Translations under genes and position numbers: made by a program
Shown here: in pieces, positions 62,460-64,000 of the stretch
Numbering within the stretch: the stretch's first letter is position 1
How the letters are laid out: the number at the start of each line of letters is the position of its first letter
Assembly (NCBI RefSeq): GCF_963921235.1
Contig: NC_086097.1
Location: forward strand, 60,204,001 to 60,268,000
DNA: 64,000 nt
Source: Mobula hypostoma
Lineage: Eukaryota
Direction: 5' to 3'
The notes under the pieces: generated by a model
Database searches by the model: none
Seen by the model: only the letters and a program-made list of their open reading frames with translations
Told to the model about the DNA's origin: nothing

Positions 62460-63960
62460 GCCTGAACTGGAAGAGGATCAATATCCTTGAGGGAAGCTTT
62501 GCTGGTGCTGCTCCAGAGGTTTTAAAGTAGAGTTGCAGGGGGATGGGAACCGGAGTACCAGGGCAGCTAGTGAGTGGTTGTGAAGGAAGTAAATGTTAAG
62601 CCTACATACAAATTCAGGAATCGAAATGTTGAGTACAGTGGAACGAATGTTCTGTGTTGCATCTATTTCAATGCAAAGAGTATTGTGGGTAAAGTAGTTG
62701 AGTTTAGGGCATGGATCAGCACGTGGAATCGTGACATTGTAGCCATTATTGAAACTTGGTTACTGGAGGAACAGGACTGACAGCTTAATATTCCAAGGTT
62801 CAGTAGTTTTGTTTAGATGAGAGAGGGGGAGGTATTAAAGAGCATTACTCATCAGGGGAAATGTCAACGCAGTCCTCTGACAGTACAGACTGAAATATTC
62901 ATCTACTGAGGCTATGTGGGTATAAGAGGCTATAAGAGAATGGGATGACCATGTTAATGTGATTATATTATGGACCACCCAATGGTCAGTGGGATTAAGA
63001 GTAGCAAATTTGTAGAGATAGCAAACTGTTGCAACAAAACTAAAGCTGTGATAGTAGGTGGCTTTAACTTCCACATATTGACTGAGACTCCCATACTGTG
63101 AAAGGACTGGGTAGAATAGTATTTGTCAAATGTGTTCAGTAAACTTCCCTTAATCAATAAAATAGAATTTCCAACTAGATTGTGTGCGATATTGGATCTT
63201 CTATTAGGGAACAAGACAAAGCAGGTGACAGAAGGTGTGTAGGGGAGCACTGTGGATCTAGTGATCATAATCCCACTAGTTTCAAGATAATTATGCAAGA
63301 ATAGGACTCGTCCTCGGGTTGAGATTCTAAATTGGAATATGGCTAATTTTGATGTCATCAGAAGGGAACTGGGTAGGTGTGGACTGGGTTTGTTTGTTTT
63401 CTGGCAAAGAGATGCTTGGTAAGTGGGAGGCCTTCAAAACGGAAATATTGAGAGTACAAAGTTTGCATGTTCTTGTTTGAATAAAAGGCACGGATAGCAG
63501 GTTAAAGGAACTATGGCTTTCAAAGGATCTGTTTAAGGAGATGCATGGTAGTCATAAATAGCAAATAAAGCTCTTGAGGAGAATAAGAAATGCAACAGAA
63601 CACTTAAGACGGAAATCAGATCATGAGGGTGCTCTGACAGACAAGGTGAAGGAGAATCCCAGTGGCTTCTACAGATGTATTAAAAGTAAAAATGCAACAA
63701 GGGACACAATTGGTCCACTTTGAGATTAGTGTGGTCATCTATGAAAGAAGCTGAAAGAGATGGAGGAGATCTGAAATGGATTTTTTGCAACTGCATTTAT
63801 TTGAGAGACAGACGGAGTTTACAGAACTGAGGCAAAACAGTAGTGTGGTCATGGGCCATATCTGGACTACAGGAAAGGTGATGTCTGCTGTCTTGAAGCA
63901 AATTAGGGTGCATAAGTACCCAAGGCCTAACAAGGTGACCCCTTGGACATCTTGGGAGGG
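62460..63960 (+). mobile_element. CR1 LINE: ORF1 end and ORF2 endonuclease/tether, decayed
   Basis: LNWKRINIL (ORF1 esterase end); IYFNAKSIVGK..DIVAIIETWL; ggctttaacttcc (GDFN-like), ILDLLLGN, SDHN. Confidence 0.85.
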
Positions 63961-64000
63961 TAGTAAGTATATTTGATATATTCCCACTGAGTATATTTAA

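Noticed and set aside
1..64000. The many 60-200 aa ORFs as host genes
   Set aside because: They are TE fragments, their antisense or alternate frames, or short chance ORFs; none forms a coherent exon chain or resembles a cellular protein I recognise.

Overview
Eukaryotic, repeat-dominated genomic DNA with no recognisable intact host gene, rRNA, tRNA gene or CRISPR array. The mix of repeats (many CR1-clade LINE remnants, Rex1/Babar LINEs, a V-SINE/HE1-like SINE, a Penelope element, Ty3/Gypsy, Tc1 and a Buster/Charlie hAT) suggests a cartilaginous fish such as a ray or shark; this is an inference. Most of the window is decayed, often nested transposons: three Gypsy relics (1-2630, 26545-31581, 42352-51660), two solo LTRs with target-site duplications (TSDs), a full-length Tc1 (33869-35516), a full-length hAT (52674-55146), two BovB-like RTE copies, another RTE, and a tRNA-derived SINE. 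AT-rich unique sequence lies between them. All TE coding regions carry stops or frameshifts. The best leads are a ~31 kb block with a strong + strand bias of TEs, BovB-like copies sharing one frameshift, a degenerate Penelope hammerhead motif, a one-ended hAT-like insert with an 8-bp TSD, and a 1.5 kb purine-rich cryptic repeat. I found no clearly novel protein-coding system. Family names are by eye, and boundaries not anchored by TSD/TIR/LTR ends are approximate.
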